The position numbers and the translations under genes were made by a program. From NCBI RefSeq assembly GCF_030684315.1, contig NC_081371.1:10113441-10177440 (forward strand): DNA of 64,000 nucleotides, read 5' to 3'. This document shows positions 51,761 through 63,510 of this stretch, piece after piece. Source of the DNA: Stegostoma tigrinum (Eukaryota). The notes under the pieces were generated by a model that saw nothing but the letters and a program-made list of their open reading frames with translations, was not told the DNA's origin and made no database searches. Numbering within the stretch: position 1 is the first letter of the stretch; every line of letters starts with the position of its first letter.

Positions 51761-52559
51761 AGTCCTTGATAGAAGTTGTTCAGGTGTGATGATCCATGTG
51801 CTGGTAAAATGTCTTTTTTTCTTCAGGATGATGTCCCTAGAAGTTCAAAAGGGACAGGGGAGTATTTTAAATTAGGAAAATTGGTTTCTTGAATAAGCAA
51901 TGGGTAGTGAGAAAGCTAATTGCAGTTGAATTGGATTGCATGACCAGTGTTTTCTGCTTGGCAGTTCCAAGCATTCTGATAATTTGTGTACAGAAGAAAT
52001 AAAGTTCCCTGAATGGAATGGTTTTCTACTGGAAGTCTTTGAACAGAACTTGTTGAAGCAGGTCTCTGAAAATAGACCAAATACAATTTGTGTTATACAA
52101 TTGAGAGAGATGAGAGTTAAAGACAAGAAGAGTATTGGATTGTGATAGGACGAGATCATTGCTGCCAGAACCACCAGACCATTTAAATATGTTGGAAAAT
52201 TTTCACTGACTGTGTGCGAACAGAACTGTTGTGACCAAAATGAAGGAGAATTCGTAGGTGAGTATCTTCTAGGTTGTAACCATGTATTAGATTTGGAGTA
52301 TTTATAATGGTGGGGGCTTTAGTTATCCCAATATAGACTAGGATACAAAGGGCAAAGAGACGCAAGAGGATTTAAAGTATGCTTAGTTCTTTAGGAAGGA
52401 AGGATGACTCAACCTGATGCTGGCAACAAGTGGATCATTTATCAGAAAGGGAAAAAGTGGAAAAAAAAGTACAGGAACATTATCGGTTAGCCATGGAAAA
52501 CAAACAAGGAGCAATCCAGAATCAAGAAGTAATGAATTAAGAAAGACGTGCTGATGGGT

Positions 52560-55110
52560 GGAAAATGAAACTAAGTGCAGAGAACTCGGGGCATGTTTAG
52601 GAACATTGGATTGGGATGTCATAACTATTACATAAACCTGGCTGAGAGATGGACAGGACTGGTAGCTTGATATTCCACATTTCAAATACTACAGGAAGTG
52701 TAGAAAGAGAGGCAAAAGAGGAGGGGGAGTGGTGTTTTTGATTAAGGAAAACATTACTGCTGTAACTAGAGAAGATATTTCTGAAAGATTATTCAGTGAA
52801 AATATATGGGTTGAAATTAGAAATAAAACAGGCATGGTCACCTTGATGAGATTAGTCCAGAGACCTCCCAATAGTCAGAGGGAAATTGAACAAATATGCA
52901 GAGAGATCGCAGATATATGTAAGAATAATGTAATAGTGGGGGGTTTTTAATTTTCCAATATCTGTGGGGGATTGCCATAGTGTTAAAGGTTTGGATGGTG
53001 AAGAATTTGTTAAATGTCATCAAGAAATTTTTCTTTATCAATATGTAAATGTTCCTACTAGAGCTGGAGCAAAACATGACGTTGTCGTGGGTAATAAGAC
53101 CAAGCAAGTGACTGAAATGACGGTAGGGAAACACTTTAGGTCCAGTGATCATTTTCTATTTGTTTTATAATGCTCATGGAGAAGATTAAGCTTCTCCTAA
53201 AAATTAAAGTTTTTAATTGGAGGAAGGCAAATTTTAATGGAAGGAGAAAAGAACTTTCAAAAATTGATTGGAGTAGACTGTTCACAGGTAAAAGGATGAC
53301 TGATAAGTGGGAGGATTTAAATGTGTGATAATGAGAGTTCAGATTCATTATGTTTCTGTTAGAGTGATAAAGCTAGAAGGATTACAGAACAATGGATAAT
53401 TAAAGCTGTTGAGGTTCTAATCAAGAATAAAGAAGAATCATATGAGATATAGATAACTGGGTTCAAATGAATCTGTTGAACAGTATAAAGAGGGTAGGAG
53501 CATTCTTAGGAGGGAGATCAGGAAGAAAAAGAGAGGATGAGATAACCTTATTTGCCAAGGCTAAGGCAAATCCAAAGAGATTCTACAAGTACATTAAGAC
53601 CAAGAAAGCAGCTAGAGAGAGAATAGGCCCCCTTAAAGATTAACAAGATCATCTTTTTGTTGAACCTCAGGTGATGAGAGATTTTTTTTACTGTGGAGAA
53701 AGAAATGGAGGTGAAAGAACTTGGGGAAATAAATATTGATGTTTTGAAAACAGTTCATAAAACAGAAGAGAAAGTGCAGGAAGCCTTTAAAAAAAAGAAG
53801 ACGAATAAATCTCCAGGATCTGATGTAGTGTATCCTAGGATGTAATGGGAAGTTAGGGAGGAAATTGCGGGGCCATTTGCAGAAATATTTGTATCATTTA
53901 TAACTACAGGTGAGGTGCTGAATGACTGGCGAGTCGCTAATGTTATGCCTTCGTTTAAGAAGGGATGTGAGGAGAAACCTAGGAACTTTCGACCTGTGAG
54001 TCTGACTTCGGTGGTGGATAAGTTGATAGAAATGATTCTGAAAGATAAGATTTGTATGCATTTGGAAAGGCAGGGAATGATTTGGGATAGTCAAATGGTT
54101 TTATATGATGGAAATTGTGTCTCTCAAACTTGATTGAGTTTTTTGAGGAAATAATCAAAAAGATTGAGGGTAGCACAGTGGGCATTGCTTGCATGGACCT
54201 TAGTAAAGCCTTTGACAAAGTTCTGTATGGTAGACTAATTCGTAAAGTTAGATCACAAAGGATTCGGGGGAGCTTGCCAATTGGATACAAAGCTGGCTAA
54301 ACAGTGGGAGATAGTAATGATGGAGTATTGTTTTTCAGACTGGAGGCCTGTGACCAGTGGTGTTCCACAGGGTTCGGTGCTGGGTCCACTTTTCTTTGTC
54401 ATTTATGTGAATGATTGAGATGAGAATACGGAAAGCGTGGTTAGTACATTTACAGATGGCACCAAGATTGATGATATTGTTGACGGTGAAGAAGGTTACC
54501 TAAGATCACAAAGGGATCTTGATCAATTGGGTTAGTGGGCTATGAGTGGCAGGTGGAATTTAGTTTGGATAAATGCAAGGTATTGCATTTTGGTAAAACA
54601 AACAAAGGCCAGACTTACGCAATTAAAAGTAGGGCCTTGGGGTTGTGTTACAGAACAATGAGACCTAGGGGTTCAAATACATAATTCTTTGAAGTTTCCA
54701 TGATGTATAGATAGTGATTAGAAGGCATTTAGCGTGTCTTCATTGCTCGGAGTTTTGAGTGTAGGAGTTGGGATGTTATGTTGAAGTTGTACAGGACATT
54801 GGTAAGGCCTCTTCTGGAGTACTGTGCCCAGTTTTGGTCTCCCTGTTATAGGAATGATATTATTAAGCTGGATACATTTCAGAAGAGATTTACCAGGATG
54901 TTGCTGGGAATGGAGGGTTTGTGTTCCAAGTAGAGACTGGAAAGGCTGGGAGACATAGTTACAATGTTTAACAGATTCGTAGATAAGTACATGAATGAAA
55001 CATGTTTGGAGTGAAATGGGCCAAGCACGGGCCAGTGGGAGGAGTTTGGGAATGTGGGTGGAATGGACTGGTTGGACCTAAGGGTCTGTTTCTTTGCTGT
55101 CTGACTGTAG
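52560..55110 (+). mobile_element. Long decayed CR1 ORF2 (APE endonuclease + RT + 3'UTR)
   Basis: Endonuclease motifs (GGVVFLIKENI, VIVGGF, SSDH), RT motifs ([30 protein letters not shown]) and a 3'UTR; many stops and frameshifts. Confidence 0.9.
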
Positions 55111-55582
55111 CTCTAAGTGTGAAGTTGCACATTTTAGTGGAAGAAATGAAGAAAGGCAATATGAAATAAGGGATACAGTTCTAAAATTGGTGCGTGTGCA
55201 GGAGGACTGGGGTTACATGTACGCACATCTTTGAATGCAGACGAGTTAATAATGCACTTGGAATTCTGGACTTCATAAATAGTGACACAGAGTTCAGAAA
55301 CCTGGATGTTGTTGTAAACCTGGTTCAACCTGAGCTGAATTATTTTGTTCAGTTCTGGGCACCACAGTTTAGAAAGATTGTAAAGACATTGGAAAGGGTG
55401 CAGAAAGCTTTACCTGAATAGATTGGGGAATGAGGGTAATTTTACAAAGTTAGCCTGGAGACACTGGGCTCTTAGATGAGAGAATATTTGATCAGATATT
55501 CAAGATCACGAAGACTCTGGACAAAGTAGGTAGGGAGAAACGTTTGCCATGGTGGAGAAATTGAGAACAAGACAGAGGAAGT

Positions 55583-56131
55583 GGTAGAGGCAGGCACAGT
55601 TACAACATTTAAAAGATATTTGGGCAGATATATGAATTGGAAAGGTTTAGAGGGATATGGGCTAAATGCAGGCAAAAGAGAACCAGTTTATTTTGGGAGA
55701 CTTGGTTGGCATGGGCAAGTTGGACTTAAGGGTCTGTTTCCAAGCTGTATAAGTTTATGGCTGATTTAATGTGATTGACAAGAACAAAAGTTGGCATGAG
55801 GGAAGATGTGTTTTTACACAGATGATGGTTAGGATCTGGAATATACTGCCTAGGATTATGGTGGAGGAAGAATCAGTCATGGCTTTCGTAGGGATTTTGG
55901 GTAATTATCTGGAGTTAATTCATAGTCATTGGGAAGCAATGGGGATGTTAGAGCCATAAACTTATACAGCTTGGAAACAGACCCTTAAGTCCAACTTGCC
56001 CATGCTAACCAAGTCTCCCAAAATAAACTGGTTCTCTTTTGCCTGCATTTATCCCATATCCCTCTAAACCTTCCCAATTCATATACCTGCCCAAATATCT
56101 TTTAAATGTTGTAACTGTGCCTGCCTCTACC
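55583..56131. repeat. Inverted pair of 180-bp CR1 3'UTR copies
   Basis: 55583-55762 is the reverse complement of 55952-56131 with 4 mismatches by my count. Confidence 0.92.
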
Positions 56132-57207
56132 TCTGGTAGTTCATTCCACACATGAACAACCCTCTGTACGAAAGAGTTGCCTCTCAGGTTCCTTTTGAAT
56201 CATTCTCCTCTCTCCTAAAAATTATTGAGACTACTTACATTATTCTAAAAGAGTGCTAGCTTGGATACACTGGTCAATTGGCTTCTCTCTACTGTAGCCA
56301 TTCTTTTTTACTGTGAAAGAAAACCCTCAAAAACCAGGAGGTAAATTGAGAATTGGTTTATCTGGTACCCAGCTGTGGTAATTTCACAAAGTCACAGAAT
56401 TGAAAGCATTTTGCTAAAGCTTGCCATCAACAATAAAATGTATATGTAATTCCTTAACATCATAAACTCTCCCACAGCATTCCAGAGATCAGTTTAGCCA
56501 AAACAAAAATTAACCAAAGAGGGAGTTATTGACCAAAACCATGGTAAAGGATCGATTTAATGTCAGGTCAAATGGGCGCAAGAGACATGGTGATGCAGGG
56601 GTTTGGGGAGGGAAGTTTAGAGTTTTGCCTTTGGGACCTGAACGCAAGGTATGAGGATGGAAGCTCATATTTGTGGGGGCGTGGTTTCTGCAGTAGAATT
56701 GCATGCATTTTTGGTTTTCAGTGCTTCAAACGTGACTTGAATATTTGAAGTGTCAGAAACCTTTTGTTCAAGAGTGGGTCAAAACCAAATTTCCAGAAAA
56801 AGATTATGACTTTTCTAAATTTCAGAGAGAAGCAGAGGACAGGGGCCACAAACATTAGTTTTGTTCTTCTTAAGAGTTTAATGTGAAAATTCAGCAAATT
56901 AGCCTTTATCCATGACTCTCAGGAAGACACAATAATGAAGAGAGTCATACCTAGTGAATGTGCTGAAACTCATTGAAAAGACACTGCATGAGGCCTTCTC
57001 AGTTGAGTAAGAAATTTTAGAGTTAAAAGTAAGAATGAGACCACTGGGATTGAATGGCTGTAAATATATTGAGAGAAAAATTGGTTGCTTTCTTTTGTTT
57101 TTACTGTTTAAAGTATCTTTTCAAATTGTCATGTACATAATGTGTTTTTTATCTTCCTTTTCATTGTGTAATAAACTTTGTTCTCTTGTTTAAAGTAATT
57201 AGTAATT

Positions 57208-57424
57208 TTAAATAAAAACCAAAAGAACTGCGGATGCTGTTAATCAGGACCAGGAACAAAACCAAAGTTGCTGGAAAAGCCCAGCAGGTCGGGCAGCATC
57301 TGTGAACAAAAAAAGGGTTAATGTTTTGGGTCTGGTGACCCTTCCTCAGAACATCAACTCTGTTTTTTACCTTCACAGATGCTGCCAGATCCGCTGGGCT
57401 TTTCCAGCAACTTTGCTTTTGTAC
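57208..57424. mobile_element. Palindromic Neptune-PLE mini-element (second subfamily) inside a probable solo LTR (~56750-57549)
   Basis: Inverted arms aaagttgctggaaaagcccagc / gctgggcttttccagcaacttt; TSD ATTAGTAATT at 57198-57207 and 57425-57434. Confidence 0.85.
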
Positions 57425-57642
57425 ATTAGTAATTGTATTTGAATATGTCTGGTGACTGGTTACCAGGTTAAGCAAATTGAAAAAGTAAAGCCTTTGGGGG
57501 TACTCTGGGATCTGACTTACCAGTATTACTATCAGCTGGGATCATAACATTACAATACCAGGACAAGGTTCTAACAGGAGTGAGAGCTGAACAAGAGAGC
57601 AGAGAAAGAAAGGCACAACGGAGCAGCAAACCTGTGCAAGAG

Positions 57643-59975
57643 ATAATGGGAACTGCAGATGCTGGAGAATCTGACATAACAAAGTGTGGAGCTGCATGAA
57701 CACTGCAGGCCAAGCAGCATCTTAGGAGCACAAAAGCTGACGTTCCGGGCCTAGACTCTTCATCAGTAAAGGGGGAGGGGGAAAGCGTCCTGAAATAAAT
57801 AGGGAGAGAGGGTGAGGCGGATTGAAGATGGATAGATGAGAAGATACATGGAGAGGAGACAGAAAAGTTAAAGGGGCGGGGATGGAGCCAGTAGAGGTGA
57901 GTGTAGGTGGGGAGTTAGGGAGGGAATAGGTCAGTCTGGGGATGACAGACAGTTCAAGGGGCTGGGATGAGGTTAGGAGGAAGAAAATTGGGGTGCGGCT
58001 TGAGCTGAGAGGTGGGGATAGGTGAGAGGAAGAACAGGTGAGGGAGGCGGGGATGATCTGGGCTGGTTTTGGGATACGCTAGGGGGAGGGGGAGATTTTG
58101 AAGCTGGTGAAATTCACATTGGTACCAGTGGGCTGCAGAGTGCCCAAGCAGAATATGAGTTTCAGTTCCTGCAACCTTCGGTTGGCATCGTTTTGGCACT
58201 GCACGAGGCCCAGGATGGACATGTCGTCTAAGGGATGGGAGGGGGATTGAAATGGTTCGCGACTGGGAGATGCAGTTGTTTTTGCGAACTGAGCGTAGGT
58301 GTTCTGCAAAGTGGCCCCCAAGCCCCCGCTTGGTTTCCCTAATGTCGAGGAGGCCATAATGGTTACAGTGGATGCTGTATACCACATTGGCAGATGTGCA
58401 GGTGAACGTCTGCTTTATGTGGAAAGTCTTCTTGGGGCCTGGGATGGGGATGAGGGAGGAGGTGTGGGGGCAGGTATAGCACTTCCTGCGGTTGCAGGGG
58501 AAAGTGACAGGTGTGGTGGGGTTGGAGGGGAGTGTTGAGCGGACAAGGGAGTCACGGAGAGAGTGATCCCTCCGGAAAGCAGACAAGGGTGAGGAGGGAA
58601 AAATGTCTTTGGTGGTGGGGTCGGATTGCAGATGGTTGAAGTGTTGGAGGATGATGCGTTGGATCCAGAGGTTGGTGGGATGGTACGTGAGGATGAGGGG
58701 GATTCTCTTTTGGTGGTTATTGCGGGGAAAGGGTGTGAGCGATGAGTTGAGGGAAATATGGGAGACACGGTCAAGGGAGTAATCGACCACTGCGAGGGGG
58801 ATGTTGCGGTCCTTGAAGAAAGAGGACATCTGAGATGTACGGGAGTGGAATACTTCATCCTGGGAGCAGATGCGACGGAGGCGAAGGAATTGGGAATAGT
58901 GGATGGCGTTTTTGCAGGAAGGTAGATGGGAGGAGGTGTTTTCTAGGTAGCTGTGGGAGTTGGTGGGCTTGAAATGGATGTCGGTTTCTAGATGGTTGCC
59001 TGAGATGGAGACAGCAAGGTCCAGGAAGGTGAGGGAGGTGTTAGAGATAGTCCAGGTGAATTTAGGATTGGGGTGGAAGGTGTTGGTGAAGTGGATGAAC
59101 TGTTCGATTTCCTTGTGAAAGCATGAGGCAGTGCCGATACGGTCATCAATGTAACAGAGGAAGAGGTGGGGTTTAGGGCCAGTGTAGATACGGAAGAGGG
59201 ATTGTTCCACATAACCTACAAAGAGGCAGGCATAGCTTGGGCCCATGCGCGTACCCATGGCTACCCCCATTGTCTGTAGGAAGTGGGAGGAATCAAAAGA
59301 GAAGTTGTTGAGGGTGATGGCGTTGGTGGAGGGGGACTGGTTGGGCCTGTAGGACAGGAAGAAGCGGACGGCCTTTCGGCCATATGCATGGGTAATGCTG
59401 GTGTATAGGGACTGGATGTCCAGAGTGAAAATGAGGTGTCGGGGCCTGGGGAATTGGAAGTTCTGGAGGCGGTGGAGGGTGTGGGTGGCGTCATGGACAA
59501 AGGTGGGGAGTTCCCGGGCCAAGGGGGCGAAAATTCACAAGCTTCAAAATCTCCCCTTCCCCTACTGCATCCCAAAACTAGCCCAACTTGTCCCCAACTC
59601 CCTAACCTGTTCTTCCTCTCACCTATCCCCTCCTCCCACCTCAGCCGCACACCCATCTCCTACCTACTAACCTCATCCCGCCCCGTTGAACTGTTTGTCC
59701 TCCCCGGACTGACTTATGCCCTCCCTACCTCCCCACCTACACTCACCTCTACTGGCTCCTTCCCCGCTTCTTTAACTTGTCTGTCTCCTCTCCACGTATC
59801 TTCTCCTCTATCCAAATTCGATCCGCTTCCCCCTCTCTCCCTATTTATTTCAGAACCCTCTCCCCCTCCCCCTTTTCTGATGAAGGGTCTAGGCCCGAAA
59901 CATCAGCCTTTGTGCTCCTAAGATGCTGCTTGGCCTGCAGAGTTCATCCAGCTCTACACTTTGTTATCTCAGGAA
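57643..59975 (-). mobile_element. Neptune-like Penelope element, 5'-truncated, with inverted pseudo-LTR
   Basis: 522-aa ORF 57954-59522: RT (LDIQSLYTSI, GVAMGTRMGPSYA, YIDD, TFLDL), Cys linker (CNRRKCYTC), GIY-YIG (NVVYSIHC...ETKR..HFAEH); inverted arm 59531-59970; 9-bp TSD GTGCAAGAG at 57634-57642 and 59976-59984. Confidence 0.95.
59874..59907 (+). ncRNA. Hammerhead ribozyme core motif (weak stem I)
   Basis: CTGATGA A GGGTC ta GGCCC GAAA CATC; the mirror copy at ~57736-57766 (minus) has GGAA. Confidence 0.6.
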
Positions 59976-60560
59976 GTGCAAGAGTGGCTTGGATTGATGG
60001 GTACAGCAGCAGAGCAGACTATGCCAGAAGGAACACAGGCATAAATTGAAAGAACAACCTTGGAGTGAGGCGACACTCTGGTCAGAGATGGGGGAGAGGC
60101 ATTACCCAATGGAACTAAGTTCAATATTGAGGGAAGAATCTCCAGTAAGGAGCTGGAATATATAAATCTGGTTTCAAATCTCATCTTTCATGTCTTACAT
60201 TTTACTCTGATCGATTTATTTTGTGGTCTAGGACATCGAATTATGGCAGGAAATTTCTGCCCTGTTTAATGTGCGTCCTGCTCCATGGTGTGTGGGTGCT
60301 CCAGGATACAACAAAGGGCAACCACATGTACAGGAAGTGCTAGACAAGTCTGAACTTGGGATTTTGGAATTTGAGTGGTAGCTGGAGACAATACAGTGCA
60401 TCCATAAGGCTGAGAATTTTGTGAATAGCATGTTTCTGAAAGTGGTCAGGTGAGTGAGCAGGTTGAGATGGGATGCATGACTGCCAAACAGTCAAGTGAA
60501 CTGTCAAGCAGATAGTGCAGGAGTGCCCTCCAATGCATCAAGAGTGGGTCAATGTAAGGG

Positions 60561-60910
60561 GAGGCAATGGCCTAGTGGTATTATCACTGAACTGTTAATC
60601 CAGAAACTCCAAGTAATGTTGTAGGGACACCAGTTTGAATCCTGCCGTGGCAGATGGTGGAATTTGAATGCAAGCAAAAGAAATCTTGAATTAAGAGTTG
60701 TAATGACGATGAAACCATTGCAAATTGTCAGGAAAAGCCAATCTGGTTCACTAATGTCCTTTAGGGAAGGAAACTGCCATCCTTACCTGGTCTGGCCGAC
60801 AAATAACTCCAGATCCACAGCAATGTGGTTGACTCTTAACCGCCCTCTGGGCAATTAGGGATGGACAATAAATGCTAGCTAGCCAGTGATACCCTCATCC
60901 CGTGAATGAG
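60561..60910 (+). mobile_element. Full-length tRNA-derived shark SINE
   Basis: A box tggcctagtgg, B box gtttgaatcc, tail gggcaattagggatggacaataaatgct. Confidence 0.88.
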
Positions 60911-61328
60911 TCAATTTTTAAAAAAATCTTGCTTTCCAACTATTTAGCTGTGAATGCTGGCAAAGATAATGGTTCCTTAGAAGAATGCAACTTGAAGTAA
61001 GTCCATGATATTAAAGTGATTCAGCTGCAAAAGGGAGCAGCAAGAATATTAGGAAAGCAATAGTGGTGCGTGATTCTTTAGCTTGGGAAAATTGACATTT
61101 CTGTAGCTGCAGATAGAATTCTTATTGATATGTTGCCTCGTTCATGCAGTGGTGATAAATGTCACTGACAGGCTGCAGAATAGTCAGGAGGTAAGGTGAC
61201 CAGCCAAAACCTCTGGTCCATGTTGTTACCAATCATGCAAGGAAAGAGAGATGAGCTCCTGAAAGCAGGTTCTAGGGTGCTAGAAAAGAGACAAACCAAG
61301 GAACTTCAAAGGTACTAATTTATATATT

Positions 61329-61555
61329 TAACACAATGTGGAGCTGGAGGAACACAGCAGGCCAGGCAACATCAGAGAAGCAGGAAAGTCGATATTTTGG
61401 GTTAGAACTCCTCATCAGAACTCAGACCCTTCTGATGAAGGGTCCCAACCCAAAACGTCAACTTTCCTGCTTCTCTGATGCTGCTTGACCTGCTGTGTTC
61501 CTCCAGCTCCACACTGTGTTGACTCTGACTCCAGCATCTGCAGTTCCTGCTATCT
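61329..61555. mobile_element. Palindromic Neptune-PLE mini-element
   Basis: Inverted arms with divergent CTGATGA cores (~61412-61418 minus, 61432-61438 plus); TSD CTAA(T/A)TTATATATT at 61315-61328 and 61556-61569. Confidence 0.85.
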
Positions 61556-62199
61556 CTAAATTATATATTCAGCCTCGGCTTGGGCAGTAATGAATATAGA
61601 AATTGGAAGGTAGAGAAGTAAATGCTTGGCTGAAAAGATGAAGGAGCTTTAGATTTCTCGGACAGCCGGGCTGAAGCTAGGTATAAAAGAACGAAAACAG
61701 TGGAATGTTTTGTAAACAAACAGGATCAGAACCATTGTCCTTGCAGGGCATCTTTCTCATGCAGTTGCGGGAAGTTTAAACTTGTTTAAGTCAGCAACGA
61801 GGCGAGAACATCAGAAAGGAGAAACAATGTGCACGAAAGAGTAGGAGAGATTGCGTGAGAAGTTGTCAGGAATTAGGTGGAAACAGGTGAGGGAATAAAA
61901 TAATTTGTTTGCCTACACTGCATGTAGGTGAACATGTAAAGCCTGGCAGATAAATTTGATGAGCTACAGGTGCAAATAACCACATCAAGTAATTTAATTT
62001 TAGGATTTTAAGAACATTCTTTATTCCAGTTCTACTTTGGGATCAGACCCAACAACTTGTTCTCTCGCAGATCAATGATTGTCCAGATCTGGAGAGATGA
62101 ATTACTTTTACTTACAATTTCTACTCTTTTCCAACGTTATCCTGATCTATTTCCCACTCCTGTCTTCCCTTTTCTTCCTTTCTTTCTCTGTCTCAATTT

Positions 62200-63510
62200 C
62201 CGAGAAGAGCCCGTCCACTGTTATTCATTGCAAGCTGATCAGCTCCCATGACTGCCTCAAGCACACTTCTCAGCTTGCCTCCAGTAATGATCTCATTCAT
62301 TTCTCTTATTTTCGGTGTTACATCTGTTCTAAAGTTTCTACTTTCCACAGTTGTGTTTCGGGCATGTCTTCCTTTTACTTTGAGGATGCCTGCACTGTGA
62401 TTGAGGCAGCAGGGCGCTGGGGGGCTGTCTCATCTGTGTCTGATCCATTCCCACTTCTGTCTGCTCCCCGTCCCCCAACTCGAGCCAAAATGGGGTTTCG
62501 CCTGACTTCTCTGTCCGTCCCACCAACTTCCATATTGAAAGGTCCATCCTCTGTCATCTTTGCCACCTCTGGTATGATGCCGCCACCTGCCACCAAATGG
62601 ATCTCCTCCTCCTCAGTTGGCATTCCAGAGGGAAAGACCCCTCTGTGATGCCCTGGACTACTTCTGTCACTCACAACACTTCATACCGTCGCACAGCATC
62701 TTCCCATTTAATCGTAGGAGGTGTAACACTCACTCTTTCACCTTCTTTCCCAATGTCCAGGATTCTATTGCACTTGTGCCAGTAAAGCAGCCGTTTACTT
62801 GTATTTCTTTGAGCCCATACTGAATTTACCTGTTGCAATGCTATTTCCTCCACACAGGGAACGTGGTCTTGCTAACGTCTTCATGGAGTATCTCTGTTCA
62901 GCCCGCAGATTTGACTCTGACCTTCCATTTGTTTGCCATTTCAATGCACCATGCACCATCTTGCTCTTATGTTCATGTTTCAGTCCTAGGTATACTGCAG
63001 TGTTCCTGTGAAACCCAATACAAGCTGGAGGAACATCATCTCAATGTACAGTTTAGCACTTTACAGCCTTCTCGCTTTAGTACTGAGTTCAACAACTGTG
63101 AACTGTGCATTTCAATTTAAATTGCTTTTCCCCTCAATATCTGTAACTTGTTTTCATGTTTTTGTTTTCAGCAGGTGTTGACCTTTATTCTGCTCATAAC
63201 ATCTAAACTGAATCAATGCTTTGTTCCTTAATTAAAACTATTACCATTAACCTTTGTTCTGTTATACCGTTGATTTTCAATTCCATAGCTGTTTAATGTT
63301 TTCCAGAGTTTCCTTTTTGTTTCAGTTACCATCTCTTTTTGTCATAAAACACATGACATTTTCCCTTCAATTTCGTTCCAACAGCGTAGTATTGGAGTGG
63401 AAGATCAACTCTGTTTCTTTCTCCATTTGATGCTGCTAGACCTGTTGAATTTCTTCAATACATTCTGCTTTTATTTCATATACCCAGAATTTGTTGGATT
63501 TTGCTTTTTG
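62200..63510 (+). mobile_element. Old Neptune-like PLE remnant (thumb/GIY-YIG/3' end)
   Basis: Degenerate homology to the 57954-59522 ORF (FPFNRRRCNT, VKQPFTCIS, YKLEEHHL) and the terminal module at 63380-63510. Confidence 0.75.

Larger units (their letters stand above)
60240..61990 (+). mobile_element. Ancient CR1 ORF1 remnant (Cys-rich N-terminus + SGNH/GDSL esterase), interrupted by SINE and PLE
   Basis: Degenerate CASCSM...HMYRKC at ~60270-60340 and AIVVRDSL...ICCL...LVHVVTN at 61057-61235. Confidence 0.55.

Noticed and set aside
57643-59975. DIRS/tyrosine-recombinase element or an active autonomous element
   Set aside because: The ORF ends in a GIY-YIG-type domain with no RNase H or tyrosine recombinase, and a TSD is present. 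The copy is 5'-truncated and frameshifted.
60220-60300. Possible PPHLN1 coding exon after a polypyrimidine/AG acceptor with a nearby ATG
   Set aside because: The frame closes quickly, does not resemble periphilin, and the region looks like decayed CR1 ORF1.
60561-60650. tRNA gene
   Set aside because: The tRNA-like head continues into a SINE body and LINE-like tail; another copy occurs at 13250.
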